The position numbers were made by a program, and so were the translations under genes. This document shows, piece after piece, positions 39,262 to 49,550 of a DNA stretch of 51,017 nucleotides. Each line of letters begins with the position of its first letter. The first letter of the stretch is position 1. Location of the stretch: sequence record NZ_CP032820.1; one strand, 5' to 3'. A model generated the notes under the pieces. That model was not told the DNA's origin. It saw only the letters and a program-made list of their open reading frames with translations, and made no database searches. The DNA is from a plasmid.

Positions 39262-40276
39262 GTTAATAGACAAATTTTTATTAGAATTATTCGAAGGAAT
39301 AAATGATAAGCTGACTGTTTTAATGGGAGAATTTATAACAGATTCACAAGCATTAGCCGCAGCTTTTATGTTAATGTATTTTGGTCTTGAATCATTTAAG
39401 ATGATGAGTGGAGATAAAAAACTTGAAATTATTCCGCTACTCAGACCTTTTGCCTTCGGCTTAATTTTAATGTTGTGGAATCCTTTTATAGAAACTATTA
39501 GTTATCCGGGAGAAGTTCTTACAGCAACTAGTAAATCTATGTTTGAAAATCAAATTGATGAAGTTGAAATGCTTTCACGAAATAGATATGCTCTTATAGA
39601 CAGCGTTTCTATGGAATTATTAGCAACATCAGTCGAAGTAGAAAGAGCAGAAAACGAAACGAATAAAGATAAATGGTCTATAATGGGAATAGATTTTTCA
39701 GCCGTTGGAGATAAGATAGCTGGACTATATGTTTATGTAGTAGCAAAATTCAAAATGCTATTATTTAATTTCGCAGAATTCTTAATAGTCACATTTTGGC
39801 AAGTCTGTATTTATTTTGTGTTTTTCTTACAGATTCTATTTCGAGCTATTCTAATAATACTTGGACCACTTTCTTTTGCTTTTTCAATTTTACCAGCTTT
39901 TAGAGATGCTTATATACAATGGATAGCACGTTTTATTAGCGTTAGTTTATACTCCTGTATTGGATATATTGTTTTATCAGTTTCATTAGTTGCTATGCAA
40001 TATGGATTAGAACGAGAAATTGAAATTTTAGAATATACACTTAGAAATGAAGCTGCATTTGTTATGTATGTCGGAATGACCTCTGGAGGTGTCAACAGCT
40101 TCCTTCTTACAGCATTACTTGGAGCATTTGCTATGCTTACAATACCTTTTGTTTCTACATGGATTGTAAGTACAACTGGAGTAGGACAAGCTATAGGGGG
40201 GATGGTTGGAGGAGCAGCCATTGCAACCAAAACTGTAGCAGCTCCAGCCACAGGTGGAGCCAGCGCAGCTATGTAA
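39254..40276 (+). CDS. traJ: TraJ-like polytopic membrane protein
   Basis: 340 aa with multiple TM helices and a Gly/Ala-rich C-terminus. Position matches traJ. Confidence 0.6.
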   Translation: MNELIDKFLLELFEGINDKLTVLMGEFITDSQALAAAFMLMYFGLESFKMMSGDKKLEIIPLLRPFAFGLILMLWNPFIETISYPGEVLTATSKSMFENQIDEVEMLSRNRYALIDSVSMELLATSVEVERAENETNKDKWSIMGIDFSAVGDKIAGLYVYVVAKFKMLLFNFAEFLIVTFWQVCIYFVFFLQILFRAILIILGPLSFAFSILPAFRDAYIQWIARFISVSLYSCIGYIVLSVSLVAMQYGLEREIEILEYTLRNEAAFVMYVGMTSGGVNSFLLTALLGAFAMLTIPFVSTWIVSTTGVGQAIGGMVGGAAIATKTVAAPATGGASAAM

Positions 40277-40306
40277 AAAGATTCATTAAAATTTAAACAC
40301 ACTATT

Positions 40307-40921
40307 ATGATTATTAAAAACTTAGAAAATAAAATCAAACTAGCCGGAATTTTATCCATTGGCTGTTTTGCAACAAGTATAGTTATTTCAGGCATGGCAC
40401 TAGCCTTTTGTTTCTCTTTAGTAAAAGCTGAAAGAAAAAAAATATATGTTTTAGATAATGATGTCCCTGTACTAGTGAAGCAAACTGGTACAGAAGTCAA
40501 CCTAGAAGTAGAATGTAAAAGCCACATAAATCTATTCCACACTTTATTTTTCACACTACCCCCAGACGATGAATTCATAAAATACAACATGGAAAAAGCC
40601 ATGTATCTAATTGATGATAGCGGATTAAAACAATATAATAATCTAAAAGAAAAAGGATATTTCAACACTATATTAGCGAGTTCTGCAACAGTAACAATTA
40701 TGACAGATAGTATCAAGATAGACATGAATAACCTATCTTTTGAATACTATGGCATCCAACGTATAGAGCGAGAAACTTCTATTCTTAAAAGGCAACTTGT
40801 AACTACAGGGAAATTAAGACAAATTCCACGCACTGAAAATAATCCTCATGGACTTATTATCACAGATTGGAAAACGATACTCAACAAAGACCTTGATTAT
40901 AAAGTAAAAAAGAATTTTTAA
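40307..40921 (+). CDS. traK: TraK-like protein
   Basis: 204 aa with N-terminal TM. Position after the traJ-like gene. Confidence 0.55.
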   Translation: MIIKNLENKIKLAGILSIGCFATSIVISGMALAFCFSLVKAERKKIYVLDNDVPVLVKQTGTEVNLEVECKSHINLFHTLFFTLPPDDEFIKYNMEKAMYLIDDSGLKQYNNLKEKGYFNTILASSATVTIMTDSIKIDMNNLSFEYYGIQRIERETSILKRQLVTTGKLRQIPRTENNPHGLIITDWKTILNKDLDYKVKKNF

Positions 40922-41190
40922 TGAAACTGTTTAAACATAAAAAGAATGATAGAAAAGAAACTATCAAGACTAAATCCGAGCAAGCTACAGTTGTTCTTCT
41001 TACTAAAATATTTCAAAAGTTCGGAGTTAATAACGCTTGTGAACGCTTATTAGCGTGGGCTGATATACACCGTAAAGCTATGTTTGGAATTACGATTTCA
41101 TTCCTTTCTTTCGTCACAATTCTATCATTAGTAATGCGTCCAGAAAGAAAGCCAATGCAAGTTTTCAACGAAGAAAAAAGCAGTATTTAG
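40921..41190 (+). CDS. traL: TraL-like small membrane protein (possibly 3'-truncated by the insertion)
   Basis: 89 aa with C-terminal TM. The insertion boundary lies within about 100 bp downstream. Confidence 0.45.
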   Translation: MKLFKHKKNDRKETIKTKSEQATVVLLTKIFQKFGVNNACERLLAWADIHRKAMFGITISFLSFVTILSLVMRPERKPMQVFNEEKSSI

Positions 41191-41540
41191 AAGCGTAGAA
41201 CAACCAAAAACAATCAGAAATATCCAAGCATAAACATTTAATTATCAACACATTCTAAAAATTAACACATTTCGACTGCTTTTTGATGCTTCCCAAATTT
41301 CCACATATTTTTGAGACGTATTTCTGACGTGGAGAATTTGCGGGGCTTGTTTTTTGTCACACCGTGCAGACAGTTGACAAGAGTTTACAACCGTTTACGA
41401 CAAGCGACAATACCTGCCCCGACATTCAGCGACGGTCACATCGTGTAGAAAGGCGACAACCGTTGACTGCCGTTTACATCCGTTCACCACTTCAGAGGAA
41501 TACAGGATTGGAGAAATGAACCAGTAAACGATAAAGCAGT

Positions 41541-42476
41541 ATGAAAGCAACCCGAAAATGCAGTTTTTGCGGCAAGTCCTTTGTAACCCGCAGCGGAATG
41601 CAAAGGTATTGCAGCGAGGCTTGTCAGGCAGAAGCCCGGCGAGCCAGAATGACACAGAAGAATAACCTCTTCAAGGCCGTCCGGCCAATCATGGAGATAC
41701 AGCATCAGGAGTATCTCACCTTTTCCAAGGCAGCCATACTCATGGGCTGTTCCCGACAGTACATCTATAAACTTGTAGCCATGGGCAAGCTGAAAGCCTC
41801 ACGCATCAGCAACCGCATGGCATTCATCCGCAGAGCCGACATCGAGCGGATGCTGGAGGGCAATCCCTACCACCGCATCCTGCCCGGCAGCACTTCCACA
41901 CCGAAAAAATCCGCTTCATCTTCCTTTCCGGGCAAAAAAGAAAAAAGGGAAAAGGGAGGCGATGAGATTTTGGACTTCTATTCCGGTGAAGAGGTGATGT
42001 CCCTTTATAAGGTCAAACAGTCATGGCTCTATACCACCGCCAAACGCAACCGCATTCCCATCTGCCGCATCGCTGGAAAGAACTATTACAGCAAGAAGCA
42101 TGTTGACGAGTTCTTCTGTGCGGCTGTTGATATGGAAAGTATCACCGACTGGCTCCTGACCGGAGAGGCGGAAGAGCTGTTCGGCATGAAGCCTGCCGCA
42201 CTCCGGGCATATGCCTACCGGCACAGGATACCGACCATAAGAGAATACGGCCGCACCTATTACTCCAAGTCCCATCTGGACGAACTCCGCAGAACCGATC
42301 TTGTGAACGACGAGCGTTATTACACCGTGGAACAGGTCCGGCAGATTTACGGGCTTTCCTCAGCCAACATCTGCCATATCGTCAAGGTTAAGCACATCGA
42401 AAAGATAAAGGTCGGCGTGAAGAACCTGCTTCTGCGCTCCGACGTGGAGCGTGTCATGGCTGAAAGGAACAAATAA
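41541..42476 (+). CDS. DNA-binding protein with N-terminal zinc ribbon and four tandem excisionase/MerR-like HTH repeats
   Basis: CSFCGKSF..YCSEAC zinc ribbon. Four repeats of the pattern YxxxxAAxxxGxSRQxIYKLV...G.L.A.RI..R..F.R.D.E. Confidence 0.5.
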   Translation: MKATRKCSFCGKSFVTRSGMQRYCSEACQAEARRARMTQKNNLFKAVRPIMEIQHQEYLTFSKAAILMGCSRQYIYKLVAMGKLKASRISNRMAFIRRADIERMLEGNPYHRILPGSTSTPKKSASSSFPGKKEKREKGGDEILDFYSGEEVMSLYKVKQSWLYTTAKRNRIPICRIAGKNYYSKKHVDEFFCAAVDMESITDWLLTGEAEELFGMKPAALRAYAYRHRIPTIREYGRTYYSKSHLDELRRTDLVNDERYYTVEQVRQIYGLSSANICHIVKVKHIEKIKVGVKNLLLRSDVERVMAERNK

Positions 42477-42616
42477 CCGCAAGCAACCGCCATTACCCGA
42501 AAATTATTTCAAAATGATTGTCGTGGAGATATTCACGGCTGTTTCACGTTGTTCCTTTGCCACCGTAAACACGGAGACACCTCCGGAAGTGTACAACCAG
42601 TTAAAACATCACCAAT

Positions 42617-43735
42617 ATGAGTAAATGCAAGACAGTAACCTTGCGCAAGCGCAAGATCAAGAACGGTACACAGTATTCGCTGTGTCTGGACTATTATCCC
42701 GGCTACCGTGACAACACCACCATGAAAGTGATAACACGTGAAGCTCTGGGTATTTACATTTTTGCCAAGCCTGCCAACCAGCAGGAGCGTGACTTCAACG
42801 CACGCATGATGAAGAAGGCGGAGATACTCCGCAACAGGCGTTACGAAGCCATCTTCAACGAGAACAACGGCTTCTTTGACAAGGCTAAGATGAAGGGGGA
42901 TTTCCTCGCCTACTTCAAGGAACTGGCAGACAGGAGAAATATCAAGTGGCAGCACGTCTACAAGCACTTCGAGCGGTTCGTGGGCGGCAAATGTACCTTT
43001 GAAGAGGTGGATGTGGACCTGTGCCGCAAGTTCATGGAGTACCTGCTGAACGCTCCCCAGACCATACACACCAACCAAAAGCTGCATATCAATTCTGCGG
43101 CAGGCTACTGGTCGGCTTTCCGTGCCGTCCTGCACACGGCCTACCGTGACAGGAAGATAAAGGAGAATCCCAACGGCTTTCTGGACCGTATCGAGAGTAT
43201 TCCCACCATGAGGGAGCATCTGAGCCAGGAGGAACTGATACGGCTTGCCGAAACGCCATGCGAGGAAGAGGTTCTGAAAAGGGCTTTCCTTTTCGCCTGC
43301 CTGACAGGATTGAGGAAGAGCGACATCAGGCAGCTTACCTGGCAGCAGATACAGCCGTACACCAACGGCAAGATGTTCGTTACCACCCGTATGCAGAAGA
43401 CGAAGCAGATTGTTCACAATCCCATCAGCGATGAAGCCTACGGACTGCTCGGGGAGCGGCATGAAGGGCTTATCTTCGAGGGCTTCAAGGATAAGATGCT
43501 GCAGGGGCCCCTGAAGCGTTGGCTGTCAGCGGCAGGCATAACCAAGAAGATAACCTTCCATTGCACCCGGCATTCATTCGGAAGCCTGCACGTGGAAATG
43601 GGCACGGACATGGCTGTCATACAAGCCTGTCTGGGACACAAGAACATTACCACCACACAGATCTATTCCAAGATGGCTGCACAGCAGATGTGTGACGTGG
43701 TGGACAAGATAACCCTGAAACGCAAGGAGGCATAG
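42617..43735 (+). CDS. Tyrosine site-specific integrase (IntN1-like)
   Basis: C-terminal catalytic residues in context: R...HCTRHSFGS...LGHKNITTTQIYSK (R-H-R-Y). Confidence 0.85.
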   Translation: MSKCKTVTLRKRKIKNGTQYSLCLDYYPGYRDNTTMKVITREALGIYIFAKPANQQERDFNARMMKKAEILRNRRYEAIFNENNGFFDKAKMKGDFLAYFKELADRRNIKWQHVYKHFERFVGGKCTFEEVDVDLCRKFMEYLLNAPQTIHTNQKLHINSAAGYWSAFRAVLHTAYRDRKIKENPNGFLDRIESIPTMREHLSQEELIRLAETPCEEEVLKRAFLFACLTGLRKSDIRQLTWQQIQPYTNGKMFVTTRMQKTKQIVHNPISDEAYGLLGERHEGLIFEGFKDKMLQGPLKRWLSAAGITKKITFHCTRHSFGSLHVEMGTDMAVIQACLGHKNITTTQIYSKMAAQQMCDVVDKITLKRKEA

Positions 43736-43976
43736 GCCTGTTTCAGGGTATTCAGGGGGAGCGGTTATTGCGTGCAGGCTTTAACCGCTCCCTCTGTTTC
43801 TAATGGCACCATTCCCTAAAAAGTCATTATAGTATGATATTCGGGTATGATTCCGGGCTTTTGGTGAAAAACATTGAAAAAGAAACCGCCAACCAAAGCT
43901 AAAGAGCAATAATTGGAAGAATACAATTAAATTTGCAAAGACCTGACAGTTACAAGTAATAACCGAAAAAAACGAT

Positions 43977-44807
43977 ATGGAACCAACGATAAAGGACAAA
44001 TACATCATTCTGGGATTCATCGGCGTTGCCATCTGCCTGATTTCCTTTTTTATCACACTGATTGTCTCCGCAAGTTTCAATCAGGACAATTTTGTAAGGC
44101 TGATAGTCTTTGTATGCAGCAACATTCTCGGCTGGCTGCTCTATCTCTCTTTCCAGACGGTCATTTTCGACTCATACGAGATCTGGAAACTCAAGTCCGG
44201 CAAGAAAAAGGCATCTGCCGGAATCATAAAGGCTCAGGAAGAACAGCCACAGGATACGCATGAACCTGCTGCTCCGACACCGATGCCGACAGGCGGGGAA
44301 GCAACCCCGGATATAAAACCGGTAGAGATTGCCATTGCCCCGGAACTTCACGAAAAGAACCGTGCCAGCTATGAGGACAGACAGAAGCAGGAAGAAGCGG
44401 AACGGATCCGCATGGTCATGGAGTACATCCACTTCGTCATGCCCCGTATTGCCGACAAGGAGACCGTCAACCATATCTGTGCCGAGGTCAACAAGTGGAT
44501 GTGCCTTCACAGCTACAAGCCCAAGCCGATAACAGGACGGCTGACCAGAGAGATTACCAACATTCCGCTCCGCCATTTCGTGTGGAACATCTCCGAGCGT
44601 TTCATGTACAAGAAATACTACAACGGGGACAACCGTGCCAATTTTATCAAGACCCTTTTTCCACGTGAATTTGCCGACACGGATATAGCGACCATAAAGA
44701 ACTTCAAGGTCGATCCGTCAAAGACGCTGATTCCCATTGACGAACCCGAAAACGGCAGTCTGGACTTCCATTATCCCGAAGATTATGTACGGGAAGTGAA
44801 CAGTTGA
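43977..44807 (+). CDS. Hypothetical membrane protein with Pro/Glu-rich linker
   Basis: 276 aa. Two N-terminal TM helices. Confidence 0.4.
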   Translation: MEPTIKDKYIILGFIGVAICLISFFITLIVSASFNQDNFVRLIVFVCSNILGWLLYLSFQTVIFDSYEIWKLKSGKKKASAGIIKAQEEQPQDTHEPAAPTPMPTGGEATPDIKPVEIAIAPELHEKNRASYEDRQKQEEAERIRMVMEYIHFVMPRIADKETVNHICAEVNKWMCLHSYKPKPITGRLTREITNIPLRHFVWNISERFMYKKYYNGDNRANFIKTLFPREFADTDIATIKNFKVDPSKTLIPIDEPENGSLDFHYPEDYVREVNS

Positions 44808-45017
44808 CCGTTTCCCGGGGATATAACAACAATAACGACAAGTATCAGGCAATACGTAACAGCCTGTATCTCATTGTTTCCCGAATAACTTTGCCCCTCA
44901 TTCACGGTTGGACATCGTTATTCGGGAATTATTTTGCAATGACCTTTCGTGAAGATATTCACGGCCATATCATTGCGGTCCTTTGCGCCAAGCCTTACAA
45001 AAGAGGCGAGTACGCAA

Positions 45018-45392
45018 ATGGAAAAAACAGTGATTACATTCAACGACCTTCCCGAGGTCGTAGCCCAGCTTCGGGACGAAGTGATGAGCTTGAGAAGCCT
45101 GCTTACCGAGCAGCGCAGTGTGAACAATGCAAAGGCGGTGGACACCCATGTCCCCATGTCCGTGGATGAAGCGGCGGAATATCTCGGTATTCCCAAGGGA
45201 ACGCTCTACATGAAACTGTCGGACGGAAGCATTCCGGCCACCAAGCCCGGCAAACGCTATTGCCTTTACCGTGACGAACTGGACAGATGGCTGGAATCCT
45301 CCCGCAAGAATCCCGTACCCCTGTCCGATGAGGAACTCAGCGAGTCCATGTCCTCCTCCCACCGCCGCAAGCCCGGTCAACGTAACTGGTAA
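45018..45392 (+). CDS. Excisionase-family HTH DNA-binding protein (ORF opens at 44949; probable start at MEKTV)
   Basis: HTH_17-like segment VDEAAEYLGIPKGTLYMKLSDGSIPATKPGKRYCLYRDELDRWL. Confidence 0.55.
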   Translation: MEKTVITFNDLPEVVAQLRDEVMSLRSLLTEQRSVNNAKAVDTHVPMSVDEAAEYLGIPKGTLYMKLSDGSIPATKPGKRYCLYRDELDRWLESSRKNPVPLSDEELSESMSSSHRRKPGQRNW

Positions 45393-45397
45393 GAGCC

Positions 45398-46552
45398 ATG
45401 GAAGAGGACAAGAACTATATTAGCATGATACATGGCGACCTGACGAGGGCAGCCCAGATGCAGAACGGTATGCCGGAAAATATCGGTGTAATGAGCATAA
45501 AGACCGCCAACCGGACCATACTCGAAGCATCACAGCTGCCCACGCCCCGTGCGTTGTGGGACAGCTTCTGGTACGAGGGGGAACTGTCCTGCCTCTTTGC
45601 AGATTCCAACGTGGGGAAATCCATCCTTGCCGTCCAGATAGCCGACCGTATAGCACGGACTGACAACGTGCTTTATCTGGACTTTGAACTCTCTGAAAAG
45701 CAGTTCCAGCTCCGCTATACCGACGAGTACGGAAAGCCTTACATTTTTCCCGAAAGGCTGTACCGGGTATCGCTTGACTGCGACGCCCTTCTCGATGCCG
45801 ACTTTGAAGGGACGATCATCGGCAGCATCGAACAGATGGCACAGCAGACCCGCTGCAGGATCTTCATCGTTGACAACCTTACTTACCTGTGCTGTGCCAT
45901 GGAGAAAGGCGATGCGGCGGGACGGCTGATGATACAGCTCAACAATCTCAAAAAGAGATACGGGCTTTCCATCCTAGTCCTGGCACACACCCCAAAGCGT
46001 TCACTGGACTGTCCCATCACGTCCAACGACCTTGCCGGAAGCAAGCGGCTCTACAATTTCTTTGACAGCGTGTTTGTCATCGGGAAAAGCGCACTGGACG
46101 GGGGACTACGCTATGTGAAGCAGCTCAAGGTCCGTTACGGGACATTCTCGTACGATGCCGACAATGTGATTGTCTATGAGATTGAGAAAACGGACGCCTT
46201 CCTGCAATTCGTGTTCAGGGGCTATTCAACCGAAAAGGAACACCTGAAGAAACCGGGTGACAACGAATCGGGACAAAGGGATTGCCTTATCCTGCAACTG
46301 TCCCAATCAGGGAAGTCAGTCCGGGAGATAGCCTCGCAGGTCAATTGCGGCAAGTCCACCGTCAGCCGGATAATCCAGCGCAGCAAGGAGGACAGGAACG
46401 CGGCCGTCCCGGGTGTCCCGCTGTCCCGTCCCAAGGAGAACGGGACAATGGGACAGGTGGGACAGCATGGGACAGATGGGACAAGCGGGACAGCAGGAGA
46501 AGCAAGGCAGGCGGATCTGTTTGCAGGACATGAAAAGGAGGACAAGCCATGA
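45398..46552 (+). CDS. AAA-family ATPase (RepA/DnaB-loader-like, AAA_25-type) with C-terminal HTH
   Basis: Walker A DSNVGKS, Walker B IFIVDN, C-terminal HTH (SVREIASQVNCGKSTVSRI). Confidence 0.6.
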   Translation: MEEDKNYISMIHGDLTRAAQMQNGMPENIGVMSIKTANRTILEASQLPTPRALWDSFWYEGELSCLFADSNVGKSILAVQIADRIARTDNVLYLDFELSEKQFQLRYTDEYGKPYIFPERLYRVSLDCDALLDADFEGTIIGSIEQMAQQTRCRIFIVDNLTYLCCAMEKGDAAGRLMIQLNNLKKRYGLSILVLAHTPKRSLDCPITSNDLAGSKRLYNFFDSVFVIGKSALDGGLRYVKQLKVRYGTFSYDADNVIVYEIEKTDAFLQFVFRGYSTEKEHLKKPGDNESGQRDCLILQLSQSGKSVREIASQVNCGKSTVSRIIQRSKEDRNAAVPGVPLSRPKENGTMGQVGQHGTDGTSGTAGEARQADLFAGHEKEDKP

Positions 46553-47853
46553 AAAAGCAGCCTGCACACGGCTGTATGACAGCCGACCGTATCATTTACA
46601 GGACATGGGAGCATACAAACCGGGCCCTGATTTTCCAGAGTGTCCCGGGGTGTCCCAAGTGTCCCACTGTCCCAGCCTTTAGGGGGCGGGACAGTGGGAC
46701 AACGGGACAAACAGTAGAAAACCAATCATCAAAAAAAGTCATGAGCAACTATTCATTACAGAAATATAAAGGAACGTCAACACGGCATACCTGTCCGAAT
46801 TGCGGGGACAGACGTTCCTTTGCCTACTACGTGGACGAAAGCGGTACGCCCCTTCACCCGTCAGTCGGCAGATGCAACCACGAAAGCGGCTGCGGGTATC
46901 ATTATACGCCCAGACAGTATTTTCACGACCACCCCGAATGCCGGACCGCCGGTGATTTCTCTTCCGGCAGGCAATGTATGGCGCAGAAGCCCAAGCAACC
47001 GCTGCAACAGACAGCCATCGGTTACATACCGCCACACTATGTGGAGAAATCGCAGAGCTTGCATAGCAACTTCTGCCGTTTCCTTTCAGTACTGCTTGAT
47101 TCCTATTACGGCAGCAAGGCAAAGGAAGTGCTGGAACGGTTGATGGAGGATTACCGTCTGGGAGCTACCCGTGACGGTGCGGTCATCTTCTGGCAGATTG
47201 ACCGGGAGAACAAGGTACGGACAGGCAAGGTGATGCAGTACAATCCCGGGGACGGACACCGTGTAAAGGACGGACAGACATCGGCAGTGAACTGGATACA
47301 CAGCATACTGAAAAGGCAACGGGTACTGGCGGAGGGATGGCAGCTTTCCCAATGCCTTTTCGGGGAACACCTGTTGAGTGTCTATCCTGACAAGGTGGCG
47401 GTTCTGGTGGAATCCGAGAAGAGTGCCGTTATCGGTTCCGCCCTCTTCCCCGGCTATGTATGGCTGGCGGCAGGAGGCAAAAGCCAGTTGCGGGAGGAAA
47501 AGCTCCGTGTGCTGACCGGGCGGACCGTGCTTCTCTTTCCGGATGCCGATGCCTATGCCGAATGGAAAGAGCGTGCCGACGGCATGACCTTCTGCAAGGT
47601 GATGGTGTCTGACCTCATAGAGAAGAACGCAACGCCGGAGCAGAAGGCGGCACATATCGACATAGCCGACTGGATAATCTTCCAGATCCGGGAAAGCAGG
47701 ATAAATTGTACAGCCGACCATCTGGTGGAAGCGGAAAGAATCCTGCAAAGGATGATAGAAAAGAACCCCGCCCTTCAAAAGCTGATAGATGATCTGGGGC
47801 TTGTGCTGGTCGGTGCATCCTCAATCGGCAGCGGTGACGGAACCCCTCCTTAA
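46549..47853 (+). CDS. DNA primase (CHC2 zinc finger plus Toprim; PrmN1-like)
   Basis: CPNCGDRRSF...CNHESGCGYH zinc finger. Toprim E (LVESEKSAV) and DxD (FPDADAYAEW). Confidence 0.7.
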   Translation: MKKQPAHGCMTADRIIYRTWEHTNRALIFQSVPGCPKCPTVPAFRGRDSGTTGQTVENQSSKKVMSNYSLQKYKGTSTRHTCPNCGDRRSFAYYVDESGTPLHPSVGRCNHESGCGYHYTPRQYFHDHPECRTAGDFSSGRQCMAQKPKQPLQQTAIGYIPPHYVEKSQSLHSNFCRFLSVLLDSYYGSKAKEVLERLMEDYRLGATRDGAVIFWQIDRENKVRTGKVMQYNPGDGHRVKDGQTSAVNWIHSILKRQRVLAEGWQLSQCLFGEHLLSVYPDKVAVLVESEKSAVIGSALFPGYVWLAAGGKSQLREEKLRVLTGRTVLLFPDADAYAEWKERADGMTFCKVMVSDLIEKNATPEQKAAHIDIADWIIFQIRESRINCTADHLVEAERILQRMIEKNPALQKLIDDLGLVLVGASSIGSGDGTPP

Positions 47854-48135
47854 CGGAGGAGAGCGGAAACCGAAGGTTGTAGTGTACGGACAATGGCTTG
47901 CCATTGATATAGCCCACTATAACTACACGCTTCGCTTACGTAGTTGTGGGCTCTCCCGAGAGGATTAGGGTTTTACCCTAATAACCCACTCAGGGCGTTT
48001 CTCCCCTGAGAACCCAGAGCAAAGAGTGACCCTCTCTTTGCAATCTCCGCTTATGGGTTGCACCCCTAAGAACCCCATGCGTTTACGGACAGCGGAAAAG
48101 CTAACAATAAAGTACAAACCAAAAAACAAGTATCT

Positions 48136-49539
48136 ATGGCAACAAAATCAAGCATACATATCAAGCCCTGCAACATCGCATCGAGCGAGGCTCACAACAG
48201 GAGGACTGCCGAATACATGCGCCACATCGGAGAGTCCAGAATCTATGTCGTTCCTGAACTATCCACCGATAACGAACAGTGGATAAATCCCGACTTCGGC
48301 AGTCCGGATTTGCGGACGCATTATGACAATATCAGACAGATGGTAAAGGAAAAGACCGGACGTGCCATGCAGGAAAAGGAGCGTGAACGCAAAGGCAAGA
48401 ACGGTAAAATAGTCAAGATTGCGGGATGCTCCCCCATACGTGAAGGAGTGCTGCTTGTCAGGTCGGACACCACACTGGCAGACGTGCGTAAATTCGGTGA
48501 GGAGTGTCAAAGACGCTGGGGAATCACACCGCTGCAAATCTTCCTGCACAAGGATGAAGGGCATTGGCTGAACGGTCAGCCGGAAGCGGAAGACAGGGAA
48601 AGCTTCAAAGTCGGGGACAGATGGTTCAAGCCGAACTATCATGCCCATATCGTTTTCGACTGGATGAACCACGAAACAGGAAAGAGCCGAAAGCTCAATG
48701 ACGATGACATGATGCAGATGCAGACCCTTGCATCCGACATCCTGCTGATGGAACGCGGGCAGTCAAAGGTTGTCACTGGTAAGGAGCATCTGGAACGGAA
48801 CGACTTTATCATTGAGAAGCAGAAAGCTGAACTGCAACGCATGGATGCAGCCAAACGGCACAAAGAAGAACAGATAAATCTTGCCGAGCAGGAACTGAAA
48901 CAGGTGAAATCAGAAATACGCACTGACAAGTTAAAGAAGACAGCCACCACGGCAGCGACAGCCATAACTAGTGGAGTTGCTTCTCTTTTCGGGAGTGGAA
49001 AACTGAAAGAACTGGAACGTGCCAACGAAAAACTGCAAGACGAGGTTTCAAAACGGAACACCAATATTGAAAAATTGCAGAGCCAAGTACAGCAGATGCA
49101 GAAACAGCATGATACGCAAATCCACAATCTCAGAGAAATGCACAGGCAGGAACTTGACATGAAAGAAAAAGAACTGTCACGGCTCGCCAGAATCATAGAC
49201 AAGGCTTTTAGGTGGTTTCCGATGTTCAGGGAAATGCTGCGCATGGAAAAGTTTTGTGCCATGCTGGGATTCTCTAAAGAAATGACTGAAAGTCTTATAG
49301 TCAAAAAAGAAGCCCTGAAATGTAGCGGTAAAATCTATTCCGAGCAACACAGGCGGAACTTTGATATAAAGGATGATATTTTAAGGGTGGAAAATGACCC
49401 TGACGATGAAAGCAGGCTGAACCTGACAATAAACAGGAAGCCGATTGCCGACTGGTTCAGGGAGCAATGGCACAGGCTTAGATATGGAGCAAGAGTGCCG
49501 CAACAGGAAGAAAGAAAAAGTAGAGGATTCAAATTATAA
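48136..49539 (+). CDS. Mobilization relaxase (MobN1/Tn4555 MobA-like)
   Basis: N-terminal relaxase region with HAHIVFDW His motif and a long coiled-coil C-terminus. Confidence 0.7.
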   Translation: MATKSSIHIKPCNIASSEAHNRRTAEYMRHIGESRIYVVPELSTDNEQWINPDFGSPDLRTHYDNIRQMVKEKTGRAMQEKERERKGKNGKIVKIAGCSPIREGVLLVRSDTTLADVRKFGEECQRRWGITPLQIFLHKDEGHWLNGQPEAEDRESFKVGDRWFKPNYHAHIVFDWMNHETGKSRKLNDDDMMQMQTLASDILLMERGQSKVVTGKEHLERNDFIIEKQKAELQRMDAAKRHKEEQINLAEQELKQVKSEIRTDKLKKTATTAATAITSGVASLFGSGKLKELERANEKLQDEVSKRNTNIEKLQSQVQQMQKQHDTQIHNLREMHRQELDMKEKELSRLARIIDKAFRWFPMFREMLRMEKFCAMLGFSKEMTESLIVKKEALKCSGKIYSEQHRRNFDIKDDILRVENDPDDESRLNLTINRKPIADWFREQWHRLRYGARVPQQEERKSRGFKL

Positions 49540-49550
49540 TAGAAGCAATT

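Noticed and set aside
41200-41540. Looked for a tRNA gene at the left end of the mobilizable transposon, since NBU1 targets tRNA-Leu
   Set aside because: No cloverleaf-compatible sequence, T-loop GTTCRANYC motif or CCA context was recognisable by eye. The junction appears to lie in plasmid backbone sequence.
44172-47917. Many minus-strand or alternative-frame ORFs in the GC-rich transposon (for example 44172..44576, 44970..45380, 46222..46725, 47086..47778)
   Set aside because: The GC-rich sequence generates long antisense open frames, and they overlap the coherent plus-strand int-xis-AAA-primase-mob genes. There is no motif support.
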